Source of the DNA: Albugo candida
Lineage: Eukaryota
NCBI GenBank assembly: GCA_040437565.1
Contig: JBDOQK010000056.1
Location: 124,001-188,000, forward strand
Length of the DNA stretch: 64,000 nucleotides
Reading direction: 5' to 3'
Made by a program: the position numbers and the translations under genes. Shown one piece after another: positions 22,400-33,037 of this stretch (positions are counted from its first letter, which is position 1; the number at the start of each line of letters is the position of its first letter). The notes beneath the pieces were generated by a model, which had not been told where the DNA came from, did not search any database, and saw only the letters and a list, made by a program, of their open reading frames with translations.

Positions 22400-23073
22400 T
22401 TTGCTCAAATGAAAATTTTGTTACAGCTGTGTGGCCTTTTCCACTCTAAAAACGCTAGGTACCTAGATTCGTGCCGCATTCAGATGTAAAAGCATCGCAC
22501 TTAATTTCAACTCGTTGACCAATCATGATATAGTCGTACTTTGTATACTCAATGACGTAAAAGCTGAATCAAGGACGTTCCTTCNNNNNNNNNNNNNNNN
22601 NNNNNNNNNNNNNNNNNNNNNNNNNNNNNNNNNNNNNNNNNNNNNNNNNNNNNNNNNNNNNNNNNNNNNNNNNNNNNNNNNNNNTGACGTAAAAGCTGAA
22701 TCAAGGACGTTCCTTCCTACTTAGGCCGCGAGGCAAAAAAATCCTTTCTCTAGTGGATCCTTGCGAAAACGTGTGTTCGAAAAGAGTATTTTACGAACAG
22801 AAGATTTCCATACGGGTGACTTGCGCTGATCACTATGGTATTTTAATCAGTAAAAATATCGATCACGTTATTGCAAAACGTACCTTTCGAGTTTCCAATT
22901 TAAATGACTCTCATACTCCATTTCCACAAAATCACATATTGTTTTAAATGAAGCTTTTCCCCCCGGTGAAACACGAAGTGCGTGTGATATCATATCACCA
23001 TACGTCACACTTGCAATAGGTTTTCGGGACTCTGAATGTGAATTACATAAGCATTCATTTTCTTAAAAGTTGC

Positions 23074-23887
23074 TTACGTACGATTTCCACGAGCTTTGAC
23101 ACCGGCTTGAAACTCACAAGACGGACAAAACCAAATCTCCGGTACCGACTCTGCAGGATCGAGACGAACACAGTCCATGTGATACCAGTTGGACCGATCC
23201 AGACATCCTTTATTATCACACGCAATCATGTTTCCAAAGCTGGCGCCTCTACAAACGCAATACAGCCGTAATTTTCGTCGTTTTTTCTTACTGCTTTTCC
23301 CATGATCCTTCTCTTCGTTTAAGTCTTTATCGTGTTCACTCGAACATTCACTCCGATGTGTGACTTCTTCCTCCTGCTCACTTATCAAGATTCCACACTT
23401 GGAATGTGTATACAACGTACCACATAATCGCGCTTTTCACGTTCTTCAAACACGCACGCGGTAACTAAAGTTCGTAGTGTTGACGGAACGGCTCGCGATT
23501 TTTTTATCTACATTTTTGTATGAGTCGTCGATACAACGATTCTCAATTTACTGATGAGCTTACGAATGAGAGAAATGAGGCAATCGTCGACGTGTCATCA
23601 ATCGTACGTCGATCAAAGTGTTGCGCCACAGTGATTGCAAGCTGATCTTTTGGAGTGTCAGGGCTCTCTTGAAGCTGATGCGCGACCAAATATTTTCGTA
23701 GAGTATTTGCCTAACAAAATGCATTCATTTTCTAGTATAAATGAGTCAGTCTCAACTTTTATTGCTGAGAGAAGTTTGTACATACACGGAGCTGTGTGAA
23801 ATCCACACGCAAACTGGAAGGATACTGCGGACAAGGACGCTGAATTGAATTACGAGCCTCGACTTGCAGCATCGGAAGCATTTGCAT
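23074..23887 (-). CDS. SAP30-type Sin3-binding domain fused to an ING-type PHD finger (4 exons)
   Basis: Spliced product ...VDFTQLR|ANTLRKYLVAHQLQESPDTPKDQLAITVAQHFDRRTIDDTSTIASFLSF|IKK... resembles SAP30 (VDLYQLQVNTLRRY...HF...FIY). C-terminus LYCVCRGASFGNMIACDNKGC...WYHMDCV...WFCPSC is an ING-like PHD. Confidence 0.8.
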
Positions 23888-24212
23888 TCGATCTTCTGAT
23901 CGCATCATTCGAAAAAAATGAAATTTTTGTTCCGCGGGCTGAACTCATCGTTGATCGATCAGATAATATGAAGGTTATGCGTTGGCAAAGGTGTTTGATT
24001 ATGGGAAAGCTCCGTAAACTTTTTAACCGATAGAGTGCGATAAGATGTCATAGTGCAGCACTCGAGGCTTTCGCAAACCAGTCACCTCTGAATTTACATA
24101 CATACACTTGAAGCGTATTCATAACATTTCAGAGTGTACAACCGTTACACAATATCAAAAATAAAGTTTTCGCTTTTGAAAATGGCGCATTCCTTTCAAT
24201 TTTTGTATCGCA

Positions 24213-25214
24213 ATGGTAACAGAATGCCAAGAGAACTCCATTTCCAACCAATACAACAAATTGCAGAATTTTTTGATCATGAAAGCTTACAACGTCCGAA
24301 AAGGCAAATCGCAAACATTTCGCCAGCAGTTTCGAAGTTTTAAGAAAATTGATCCAGCGGTACCGTGCTTTCCATTAAACTTACGAAAATTCCTTGCTTA
24401 ATGAACGCTGTAGAGCCACGCGGAATACCTCGTTGTCGATGAAATTTGCCGATATCTCTCCATCTCGCCGTTCTATCGGGTCGCGCTCTTGCCCGTCTTC
24501 AAGCCGATGGCAGTATCAGCTTCCAATTCGAAAGAGTCGCGCATCGATTTCCATTTATTTCTACAATTTCTGCAGAGATTTGCGATTAGAGCCACAAAAA
24601 CCAATTCAGAATCGTCATTGTCGGATGATCTACCGGTGATTCCATCGCAATCGATACAGACCGATACACTTGCTGAGTACTGTGATCCTTCGAGTCAGAA
24701 TCAATTGCATGTAGTTCCACCGCCACCGGTTCCCGGAGTCTGGAAGAAGCGAGAAATCACCATTCAAGAGCGAATCACAGAGTATACGAAAATTGATGAT
24801 CATGGAAAGCCACAGAAATTGATTGAAAAGGAAAAGCATCAATCGGAAATCATCCATATGGAATCGCTGGATGGTGAGTTTGCACATCGTGAGATCACGC
24901 ATTTCGAGACCTCGGAACACTTGAACGATCAGCTGGTTCATCATGATCACGGAAAAGAAGAATTTGTGCACTTTAAATCGAAATTAGATGAGTATTCCCG
25001 ATTCGAATCGTCTGTACCAGGAAATCAGGAAAATGGGAACGGGAACGCTTACCAGGAATGCGAACAGCCACCACCTTCACCGACCATAAAACGGAATCCG
25101 AGCGATGGATTGTTCACCAATTCTTTTGCATCACATTTTCAGCACGTGCAGGTGAACGATATGGAAGGAGCAGAACCGATGGATCCAGAGAAAATTTTCT
25201 ATACAGGGATGTAG
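24213..25214 (+). CDS. Hypothetical protein (possible degenerate EF-hand; His/Glu-rich C-terminus)
   Basis: The 24213 ORF splices (intron ~24361-24413) in frame to the 241-aa ORF; IDFHLFLQFL is EF-hand-like. The start is uncertain. Confidence 0.6.
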
Positions 25215-25247
25215 ATTGAAAAAAGCTTCTGGGATGCAATTGAGACT

Positions 25248-26350
25248 CTATTGAAGTTCATATTCCGAAGCGAAAAATTCCTCGAACGCAGTTGCTGCTG
25301 ATGCACTCAAAACGGTATCCTCCAACAACTCAGATGCTGATTTTTGAGCCAGCTCGGTAATTGTTCCTATTGCGTCAGAATGAGCGGTTGAATTTGGTCC
25401 ATACCCGACCAAGTACCGTAAAAGTCCAGCAGCATTTCACACTCGTCTGGTGTCAGGAAGCGAAAATTGGACACAAGAAACGAAATCGCATAAGATCGGG
25501 TGTAAAAGCGCTCCGAGAGCTGGTTCAAAGATTATTCAAACGTGCATTTGTATCAGTGCTTGGGCTCCACGTACTTGCTTATTCATCCAATGTGCTTGCT
25601 CAGTGACTTGTTTGGACAACTTTCCATGAATAGAAGCGATCAGTTTTGCAGCTGCAGCCGTTGAACCAACTATGATGTTGTGTAATTGCGTGGATTATCT
25701 TTATTCTGCCTCTACTTCATACCGCTGAAATTCTTCAGGGGTAGATTTTTTCTCAGAAAAATAGCTTGAAAATCGACTTTTGGCTTTATAATTGTAATGC
25801 AAAAGAGGTTTTTGAAGCCATTTGCAGCCTTTTGGAGGCTGATATTCATCAAACAATGTTGTATATTATCTCAAATGTATACCGAGAGACCACGGCTTCA
25901 TTTTCTTGATTGGACAGCATGTCGCTGAGTAACTATAGCACCGTATGAATCGCTCCATTTGGTGGTCCAATTTGCACAGAGGGATTACCATGAATGCAAC
26001 CGGAGGCGACACGTCTTTGCGCTGTGCGATCATTAGGTCTCTTCCCGAACTTAGTTCAGCTATAACTGTTATGATGCATTACTTACCACTTTGGCAGTTA
26101 ATGGCGCCTGTCAATTCAAACGATTCAATGAGTTGTACGAGGAAGTACGAAAAGGTAACGCGAAACGATACTTTTTGGCTGATATTGGTACATTCCTTCC
26201 ATCTCTTCTACAACTGAATTGTATGTGAGTTATATGAATAGGAGATGTAAGGGTTTTTTATATACGCTGCTGCGGAACAGTATGTGGATTGAATAGAATT
26301 AGTAAACGGTTCGCGCTGCTGCAACGCTGAAGTTGAACTTTAGCTGCCAT
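25248..26350 (-). CDS. PTD/SPO16 (C1orf146)-like ERCC1-type protein with tandem HhH; 9 small exons
   Basis: Manual splicing with eight phase-consistent GT-AG introns gives MAAKVQLQR...PVAFMLLSD...VVSRLQKAANGFKNLFCI...VGSTAAAAKLIASIH...MLLDFYGTITELAQKSASELLEDTVLSASAATAFEEFFASEYELQ*. It is absent from the ORF track. Confidence 0.7.
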
Positions 26351-26374
26351 TGAACTTATGACAAACTCATTTTT

Positions 26375-26449
26375 ATTGGTTCAAATCTGAAAGCGATTCG
26401 GACTTCTTGATTGGTAGGATAAGAAAGCAATTGATATTGGCAGCCAATC
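26375..26449. promoter_or_regulatory. Cluster of four CCAAT boxes in a ~150-bp divergent promoter
   Basis: ATTGG at 26375, GATTGG at 26409, ATTGG at 26436 and CCAATC at 26444, between head-to-head ATGs at 26350 (-) and 26498 (+). Confidence 0.55.
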
Positions 26450-26497
26450 GCGTCCATCTTTTTTCAAATAGTGAAACAGTAAAAGATCGCTTCCCAC

Positions 26498-27748
26498 ATG
26501 ATCCTTAACAGTCTCGCAGGCGTCGTGAAGACATTATTGAGCTTTTACGGCTCTTTCGGGTACTACTGGATTCAGGGAGGATCGTATGACAAGTGCCCTT
26601 TTTTCCGCACTGATTTGCACGCTAAGACATTTGTCTATTCCATGGTACTTTTACAAACGCTGTGGAACCAACCACACTATCGCCATTCGTCATTTCGACG
26701 CGATCTCGTTTTGAATTTGAGAAATGTTGCTGTTCCGGGGACTGCAATTCCGCTGTCAACTTTATGCTATTCGAGAATAGTGTTATTTCCTTTTCTTATG
26801 TTTGTCTATCCTATTTTATGTGCCCTTGGTGCGTTTTTTGAGACATGGAACACCACTACAGGAGTGCTGGCAAAATTGGAAAAATGGCTCCAAATGTTCC
26901 GCCAAATCTTGGTGAATCCTCAGCATTGGTTCGGATTCTGGCGCCTCAACTGCCATCTTGTGAGTCTACATAGCTGGAAGTATTCTAGTCAAGGCTATCG
27001 TATGGAGAACAAGTGGGATTTCCTGGAAAAGTGCGTGGAAGAGAGTATTGCGGTAACTCCATTTCTGGATGCTCCAAAGACTCTTGTTGTTAAAGATCGT
27101 AATGAAGAAGGTGGGCTAGGGATATTTTTCTACCAGAATGCGGTCCATGGAGGCGATTGGATCTTGCAGGAGAAATTGGAGAATTCCAAATTCATTGGGT
27201 CACTGCTCCCCGAAAACGCTCCACTGTCGACGTTTCGTATCATTACGGCTTCAAAATGCGGTATTCCCGATCATAATGCATTCAACGGTGACAAGACGAT
27301 CAAAGCATTGAGCTGTGTTTTCCGCGCTGGACTTAATGGTGCATCCACTGACCACAAATCAATCATGTTTGATGTGGACATGGAAACAGGCGAAATTCTC
27401 AAAGGATCAACGACGACCCACTGGTACAAAATCGGTCTAAAGCATCTTTTCAATGGACCTTTTAGTCGTGGACATGATATCACTGCGCATCCAGACACCG
27501 GAACCGTGATAACCGGTCAATTTGTCAGAGAAATCAAAGAAATGAAGTCCTTGGTTTTGAAGGCCCATCAGACACTCATGAAAGATGTCCCGTTATGTGG
27601 GTGGGATGTGGCACTGACCGAAAAGGGCGCTGTCTTATTGGAAGTCAATATTTCGTGCAATTTCTTCCGTGGGACATTTGATCAGCAATGGTATTTCGAG
27701 CTTGTTGATGGCTATTTCACGAATTGTGAGAGAAAAAAGGCGGTTTAA
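26498..27748 (+). CDS. Sugar-transfer-associated ATP-grasp (ATPgrasp_ST-like) protein with hydrophobic N-terminal region
   Basis: ENKWDF, LVVKDRNEEGGLGI, WILQEKLEN, LSTFRIIT, VDMETG, HPDTG and GWDVALTEKGAVLLEVN. Single exon. Confidence 0.75.
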   Translation: MILNSLAGVVKTLLSFYGSFGYYWIQGGSYDKCPFFRTDLHAKTFVYSMVLLQTLWNQPHYRHSSFRRDLVLNLRNVAVPGTAIPLSTLCYSRIVLFPFLMFVYPILCALGAFFETWNTTTGVLAKLEKWLQMFRQILVNPQHWFGFWRLNCHLVSLHSWKYSSQGYRMENKWDFLEKCVEESIAVTPFLDAPKTLVVKDRNEEGGLGIFFYQNAVHGGDWILQEKLENSKFIGSLLPENAPLSTFRIITASKCGIPDHNAFNGDKTIKALSCVFRAGLNGASTDHKSIMFDVDMETGEILKGSTTTHWYKIGLKHLFNGPFSRGHDITAHPDTGTVITGQFVREIKEMKSLVLKAHQTLMKDVPLCGWDVALTEKGAVLLEVNISCNFFRGTFDQQWYFELVDGYFTNCERKKAV

Positions 27749-27854
27749 TTACAANNNNNNNNNNNNNNNNNNNNNNNNNNNNNNNNNNNNNNNNNNNNNN
27801 NNNNNNNNNNNNNNNNNNNNNNNNNNNNNNNNNNNNNNNNNNNNNNNNNNNNNN

Positions 27855-28058
27855 TTGGTTTTGAAGGCCCATCAGACACTCATGAAAGATGTCCCGTTAT
27901 GTGGGTGGGATGTGGCACTGACCGAAAAGGGCGCTGTCTTATTGGAAGTCAATATTTCGTGCAATTTCTTCCGTGGGACATTTGATCAGCAATGGTATTT
28001 CGAGCTTGTTGATGGCTATTTCACGAATTGTGAGAGAAAAAAGGCGGTTTAATTACAA
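27855..28058 (+). repeat. Duplicate of the ATP-grasp 3' end across an N gap (probable unmerged contig overlap)
   Basis: Apparently identical to ~27551-27754, immediately before the 100-N gap. Confidence 0.85.
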
Positions 28059-28255
28059 CCAATTGACAAGCTGTTTATTTGTAGTCAGGCGCATATGTGA
28101 AAAAGAAAGTTGTATTGTACCTATGACTACACTACATTCACGCAACAGCTACTTTTTTCTTGGCTAGTCACATTCGGCACACGTTCTATCCATATGCCGA
28201 ACTGAGCCGATGCAAAAACTGCGACATATTAACTTGACCTTGACATTTACTTCGA

Positions 28256-29299
28256 TTAGCTTGCTTCTTCAGTTATACGACCGAGATCGTAGAATCTAGC
28301 GTACTTCATTCGATTCTTCACGATGATTGGTGCAATATCTGGTCGATTGCGAAGGAATGCATCATTCAAGGCGCCACCCATCCCCAATGAAAACTGATCA
28401 TCTGTCACAATGGATGTGCTCAAATTCAATGTCGAAAATTCCAGTATGTAGACAACATGAGAATACCCATGATAATCCGCCAAATCGACGGGTGTATCTT
28501 CTTCAATGTTGGGCATGTAAGGGTCTGCACCGGCGGCCAACAACAAACAGCAAGTCTGATACTTTCCTTCTTGAGCCGCGAAATGTAACGCGCTATTGCC
28601 TTTGTTGTCTTCGGCGTGTATATCTGCTCCTGCGCGTATCAGAGTCTGAACCACATTGATATGCCCCAATTGTGCCGCAATCATGAGAGAAGTTAATCCG
28701 CTGGAACAAATTTCAGCATCGATATCGGCTTTGTATTGAATCAGAATATTTACAATATGATCAAAGCCTTTTTGTGTTGCAAAATGTATCGCACGAACAC
28801 CATCGGGTCCCATCAAATCCACGTTTGCTTGGTGTTTCAACAGCATTCGAACCGCACCTTCCTGTTCATGCTCACAAGCCGCATGAAGAGCGGTATACTC
28901 ACCACAATTACGCTGATCGACATCTGCCCCATACTCTAATAATAGCGCTACAATCTGATCCAAGCCTTTACATACAGCGATATATAGAGCCGATTGACCG
29001 CTCACGGTTTTGCGATCGAGATAAGTACGGATGGAGTCAGTTCTTTTCAAAAATTCGTTCACTTTAGTGGTATCGCCTTCCGCGATCAATTGAAGTAATT
29101 CTCTGTGGCGAAGTCGGTTCAAACTTTCACTTGAGTTATTACGGGCTGAAAATCGATGAGGAATGAACCCTCTCCATCCGCTTGCTGAGTTTTTTTTAAG
29201 TTGACTGGCTCGGTAAGCGAGGGCGGCCTTCATGAGTGCCGCCGCTGTCGTCATTCCATCGGAAGATTCGACAAGAACTCTGCTTGCTAATAACGGCAT
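28256..29299 (-). CDS. Ankyrin repeat protein
   Basis: Repeated G-x-T/S-A/S-L-H/Y-x-A motifs: GQSALYIA, EYTALHAA, GVRAIHFA, GLTSLMIA, GNSALHFA, EDTPVDLA. Confidence 0.9.
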   Translation of the reverse strand: MPLLASRVLVESSDGMTTAAALMKAALAYRASQLKKNSASGWRGFIPHRFSARNNSSESLNRLRHRELLQLIAEGDTTKVNEFLKRTDSIRTYLDRKTVSGQSALYIAVCKGLDQIVALLLEYGADVDQRNCGEYTALHAACEHEQEGAVRMLLKHQANVDLMGPDGVRAIHFATQKGFDHIVNILIQYKADIDAEICSSGLTSLMIAAQLGHINVVQTLIRAGADIHAEDNKGNSALHFAAQEGKYQTCCLLLAAGADPYMPNIEEDTPVDLADYHGYSHVVYILEFSTLNLSTSIVTDDQFSLGMGGALNDAFLRNRPDIAPIIVKNRMKYARFYDLGRITEEAS

Positions 29300-29728
29300 G
29301 TTACGGCCAGTGTACGTTTGAATGGAGCTAATTGATACGACTGATGTCGTAATGTGAAATGGATGAAAGTCAAGAATGCGAACGTGCGAATCCGCCGACT
29401 TGAAATCAAGCCAGAATGTACTCAGGTGAGTGTAAGGATCCTGCGGTTTTCGGTAGTTTTAGGGTTTGAACCCTCTACAGCGAGGATAAAAGATAGTGGT
29501 AGATTCGACCATTGGTATTGGCAGCTGTTTCATACGAATCAGACGACATGTGATTAGAGAGAGAAATTAGATTCAGCAGTGCCGACCCACTCTCTTTTCG
29601 TACACCTAATCCGGTCATCCAATTGGATGTAACAGGTATGAGTCACTCTAGTAGCGTTAGCATTAGGTGCGTTTTTGAGAGAAAGAACATAAGATACAAA
29701 AGTGTACTGTACTGTAAACTGAATAGTG

Positions 29729-31101
29729 CTAGGAGTTTCTAGAGCACCGATTCTCGATTGTGTTCGGTTTTATACAACAACGTGAGGACCGAACGCACGC
29801 CACATACACACGAACTTTCTGATTCGACGGTGTCAAGCGTATATGAATCTGATAAAAACGATTCGTTATGAGAAAGCAATCTCCAAACATGTTAATTACC
29901 GCATCGCTCGTGATCGACTCGATGGTACCGAACCATTCTTCTTGCTGTACTTCACATTCCAAAATTACATCATCTCCTTCTTCAAACACGTACGAGTTCA
30001 CGTATAAACGCCGTCTTGGAACCAGTCGTACATCTTAACACCAAATCAGCAAACGACTTTCCGTACAATAAAACCGACTCAACGCACCATTGGACGCGAA
30101 TTCTTCCGGACGTACTGCCACCGCAGTCTGTCTACGTAACTGAATAATCTCAGTTAAATCATCTGCCACCGCACTTGCGCTCAAGTTGAGTATGGCCGGT
30201 GGGATACCAACGCTTTTCCCGAGTCTACGCTTCTTGCTCATATTTTTCCAGTCGTTTTCAAGCTTTACATTCATATGGAGTTCCGCATGCGATTCCGATT
30301 CGAGCAGATGCTTATATACCGCCTTCTTCTTCTCAATTACCAATAGTTCTTGCTGTAATTTCTGCAACACGCACTCCATCCGAATCAGACATTGATTTTT
30401 GATCGCGATTTTGGTACTCTAGAAAAACTGTGTAGAATACGCGTATGTGACACAGTACAAAAACGCACCTCTGCAATGTCGTGCGACCGCTTCAGCTCAA
30501 ACTCATACAAATCTTGAATATTTTTTAGTTGCAAAGTTCGATGCCATTGCGCACTTTGCAATAATCGTTTTCGTTCTTCTTTATAATCTGTGATACGTCT
30601 ACAGTACTCAGCGAATGTTCCCTCTTCAATCATTTTCTTCTTGCGTTCCAGATCTTTAAGCTCTTCTTCATATTGTTTCAAGATCTCTTGTTCCCTCTTC
30701 ATGTCTTCATCTTGTGGTTCTTCGTCACCTTCCTCCATTTCTGTAGATTTTGACGAAGCAATCGAGGCAGATCGCGCTTTTCTAGGCTCATCTTCCACAA
30801 AACCAGCTCGTGCACGCCGAGTTGATCGACGAACCTGTTCTTGCTCAGCTTCATCTCCTTCCTGTAATTTGTCGGATGCGCTGTGATAGGCGTTTTCTTT
30901 CTTCAGGTCAAATTGTTCAGCCTCATCGTGAGACATCTCTACATCGCTCATTGCAAGCGATTCCTTTCTCTCGCGTTGAGGTGCTCGATCATTGCTACTT
31001 TTTGTCTTTTTGGAGCTTTCAGCTTCCACATAGGTCGTCGACGCATTGGTAGTAACATGTTGAGCCGCGTTTGGACGCTTGCGTCGTGATGCGCGCTCCA
31101 T
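29729..31101 (-). CDS. Sin3/HDAC complex subunit, SDS3/BRMS1 family (multi-exon)
   Basis: MIEEGTFAEYCRRITDYKEERKRLL...LQLKNIQDLYEFE (Sds3 coiled coil). C-terminal FEEGDDVILE...WFGTIESIT...IHIRLT...KVRVYV resembles the SUDS3 C-terminal domain. Confidence 0.75.
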
Positions 31102-31303
31102 GCTTTGTCTCCTCTTTTGGAACTACCNNNNNNNNNNNNNNNNNNNNNNNNNNNNNNNNNNNNNNNNNNNNNNNNNNNNNNNNNNNNNNNNNNNNNNNNN
31201 NNNNNNNNNNNNNNNNNNNNNNNNNNNGTATTATTTATGCAATATTGACTTTATGGCTGAATATTCAGACATTATCAGAGTTGAGGACAGGCTCTGTGTC
31301 AGC

Positions 31304-32746
31304 TCATGCGCGTCTCCGTGTCTTGCATTTTTCATACAGTCTTTCATCGCTTTGTTTCGGATGTATTCTGGATATTCGCACATAAATAATTTCTTCTGAA
31401 TCCTCGGCTATCTCTTCATCTCTTGATTTCTTCTTTTCGTCTCTTGAAGAACCGGTTCGCCCTGTTTGTGTGCAAGACGAACGTGGATGCTTTGTTGATA
31501 CTGTTAAATTTTTCTTAATATCAATTTCCGGTACTTTTCGAACTTTCCTCAATGTTTGTAACTTTGGCGTTTGAACTGCAGCTCGGCTGCGCGTATGCAA
31601 AGATTGCGCACTTGGAATCCGATCAAGTCGTAAAGTACGGGCGGAAGTAGCACGGTCATTTGGTATTTCACTTTTTGGACAAGCAAGTTGCGCTTGTGTT
31701 TGATCTTGCTCCAATAGAGCGCTCCGCGGTTGCGTATCAAATGGAATGACGTTTGGTTCACAGCATGGATCCGTCGATGCAAAATGCATATCGCTGTCTT
31801 CCACAGTACATTGATCGTGGCATTGGCAGCCACAGGATGTACCGTCGCATGGCTGCGTCCATAATCCTCGTGGCACTTCACTATTGTTTGGATACGCCGC
31901 GACCTCCAGAGACTGTAAAAATTGATTCAGATTGATCTCACCTGATTCATTCATTACCAAAGGTGCACATAATCGTTCCATCTGTTCCTCGGTGCAGAAT
32001 AGCCCAAATTTAATCCGTAAATTACGTTGCAGTGCCTCTACCGTAACGAACGGACTGCACCCAACACGTAACAATTTCATTGCCCGACGATGCTGATGTA
32101 CCCCATTCGGTGTCCGCTCCAACAATTTCACCTGTATGTTCTTCTTAAGCTTGTCAACCGACCAATCAGCCGTTCTTTCGGCGCCCTGAATTAACGCCTC
32201 ATTTCCGTTGATCATGAGAAATTGATCTCGAGCCATTTGCCTCAATTGCTTCGTCTTCTGCTCGCTAGCCTCCTGGCTGCGCACAAAGTACTGCGAGTCG
32301 GTCATCGGCTGCTTCAGAATCTGTTTGACGAATTCACGCAGATCAACCTTCCCCTTCTTATCGTGGTCATATTTGTCAAATAATGCTCGAGCTTCTACGT
32401 CCTCAAGAATGATCCCAAATCTGAGTCGGAGATGCTTCTTGAAAATGGCAAAATCGATCGCATTATCTGCGTCATTGGAACCAAGTAATCGACAAGCTTG
32501 CTGGTAGACATACTTTCCCGAGATTTTATTCCTCTCAAGAATTTTCTCTTGTAATTTACGTTCTGTTTTTGTGACATCCCAGCGAAATTTGGACAACGAA
32601 GTTGGTAACTCGCGTCCCACAGGCTCACGAAAAAGAAGCTTCTCACGTGGACATAACAATTTATCACTAGTCTGAGCGTGAGAGTTGCAGCGACAAACAC
32701 GAGGTTGGTGGGGCAGCGTCATAGGTGCGATTCGCTTTAATGACAC
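31304..32746 (-). CDS. EF-hand domain protein (start uncertain)
   Basis: ALFDKYDHDKKGKVDLREFV, NAIDFAIF and GEINLNQFL within a 480-aa ORF. Confidence 0.75.
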   Translation of the reverse strand: MSLKRIAPMTLPHQPRVCRCNSHAQTSDKLLCPREKLLFREPVGRELPTSLSKFRWDVTKTERKLQEKILERNKISGKYVYQQACRLLGSNDADNAIDFAIFKKHLRLRFGIILEDVEARALFDKYDHDKKGKVDLREFVKQILKQPMTDSQYFVRSQEASEQKTKQLRQMARDQFLMINGNEALIQGAERTADWSVDKLKKNIQVKLLERTPNGVHQHRRAMKLLRVGCSPFVTVEALQRNLRIKFGLFCTEEQMERLCAPLVMNESGEINLNQFLQSLEVAAYPNNSEVPRGLWTQPCDGTSCGCQCHDQCTVEDSDMHFASTDPCCEPNVIPFDTQPRSALLEQDQTQAQLACPKSEIPNDRATSARTLRLDRIPSAQSLHTRSRAAVQTPKLQTLRKVRKVPEIDIKKNLTVSTKHPRSSCTQTGRTGSSRDEKKKSRDEEIAEDSEEIIYVRISRIHPKQSDERLYEKCKTRRRA

Positions 32747-33037
32747 CTCGCTACGATATTTACCACGCAGCTATAAATACGTTTAGATTACGAAAGCATC
32801 GGATATTTTCGTCGACCAGGTCACGTGATTACGTACTCAGTATACAGTGCAACTGTATACTATACTACCACCTGGTGTCTCTATCTGCGTAAGAAAATCC
32901 CGTGCAGCTGTCTGATGGCGCGATAGCCTTCCGCATCTTTGACTAATTCATTTCTTCTCAGTGCGACCAATTTTCAATCTCAATCGCCAGTTCTCTGCTC
33001 TGATAGCAAAAGCTCCACGCAATACGACTTCTAATCC

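Noticed and set aside
29457-29474. Telomere-like TTTAGGG
   Set aside because: Single unit, no array.
32839-32861. Perfect 9-bp hairpin AGTATACAG-tgcaa-CTGTATACT
   Set aside because: A single short inverted repeat with no family context; plausible by chance.
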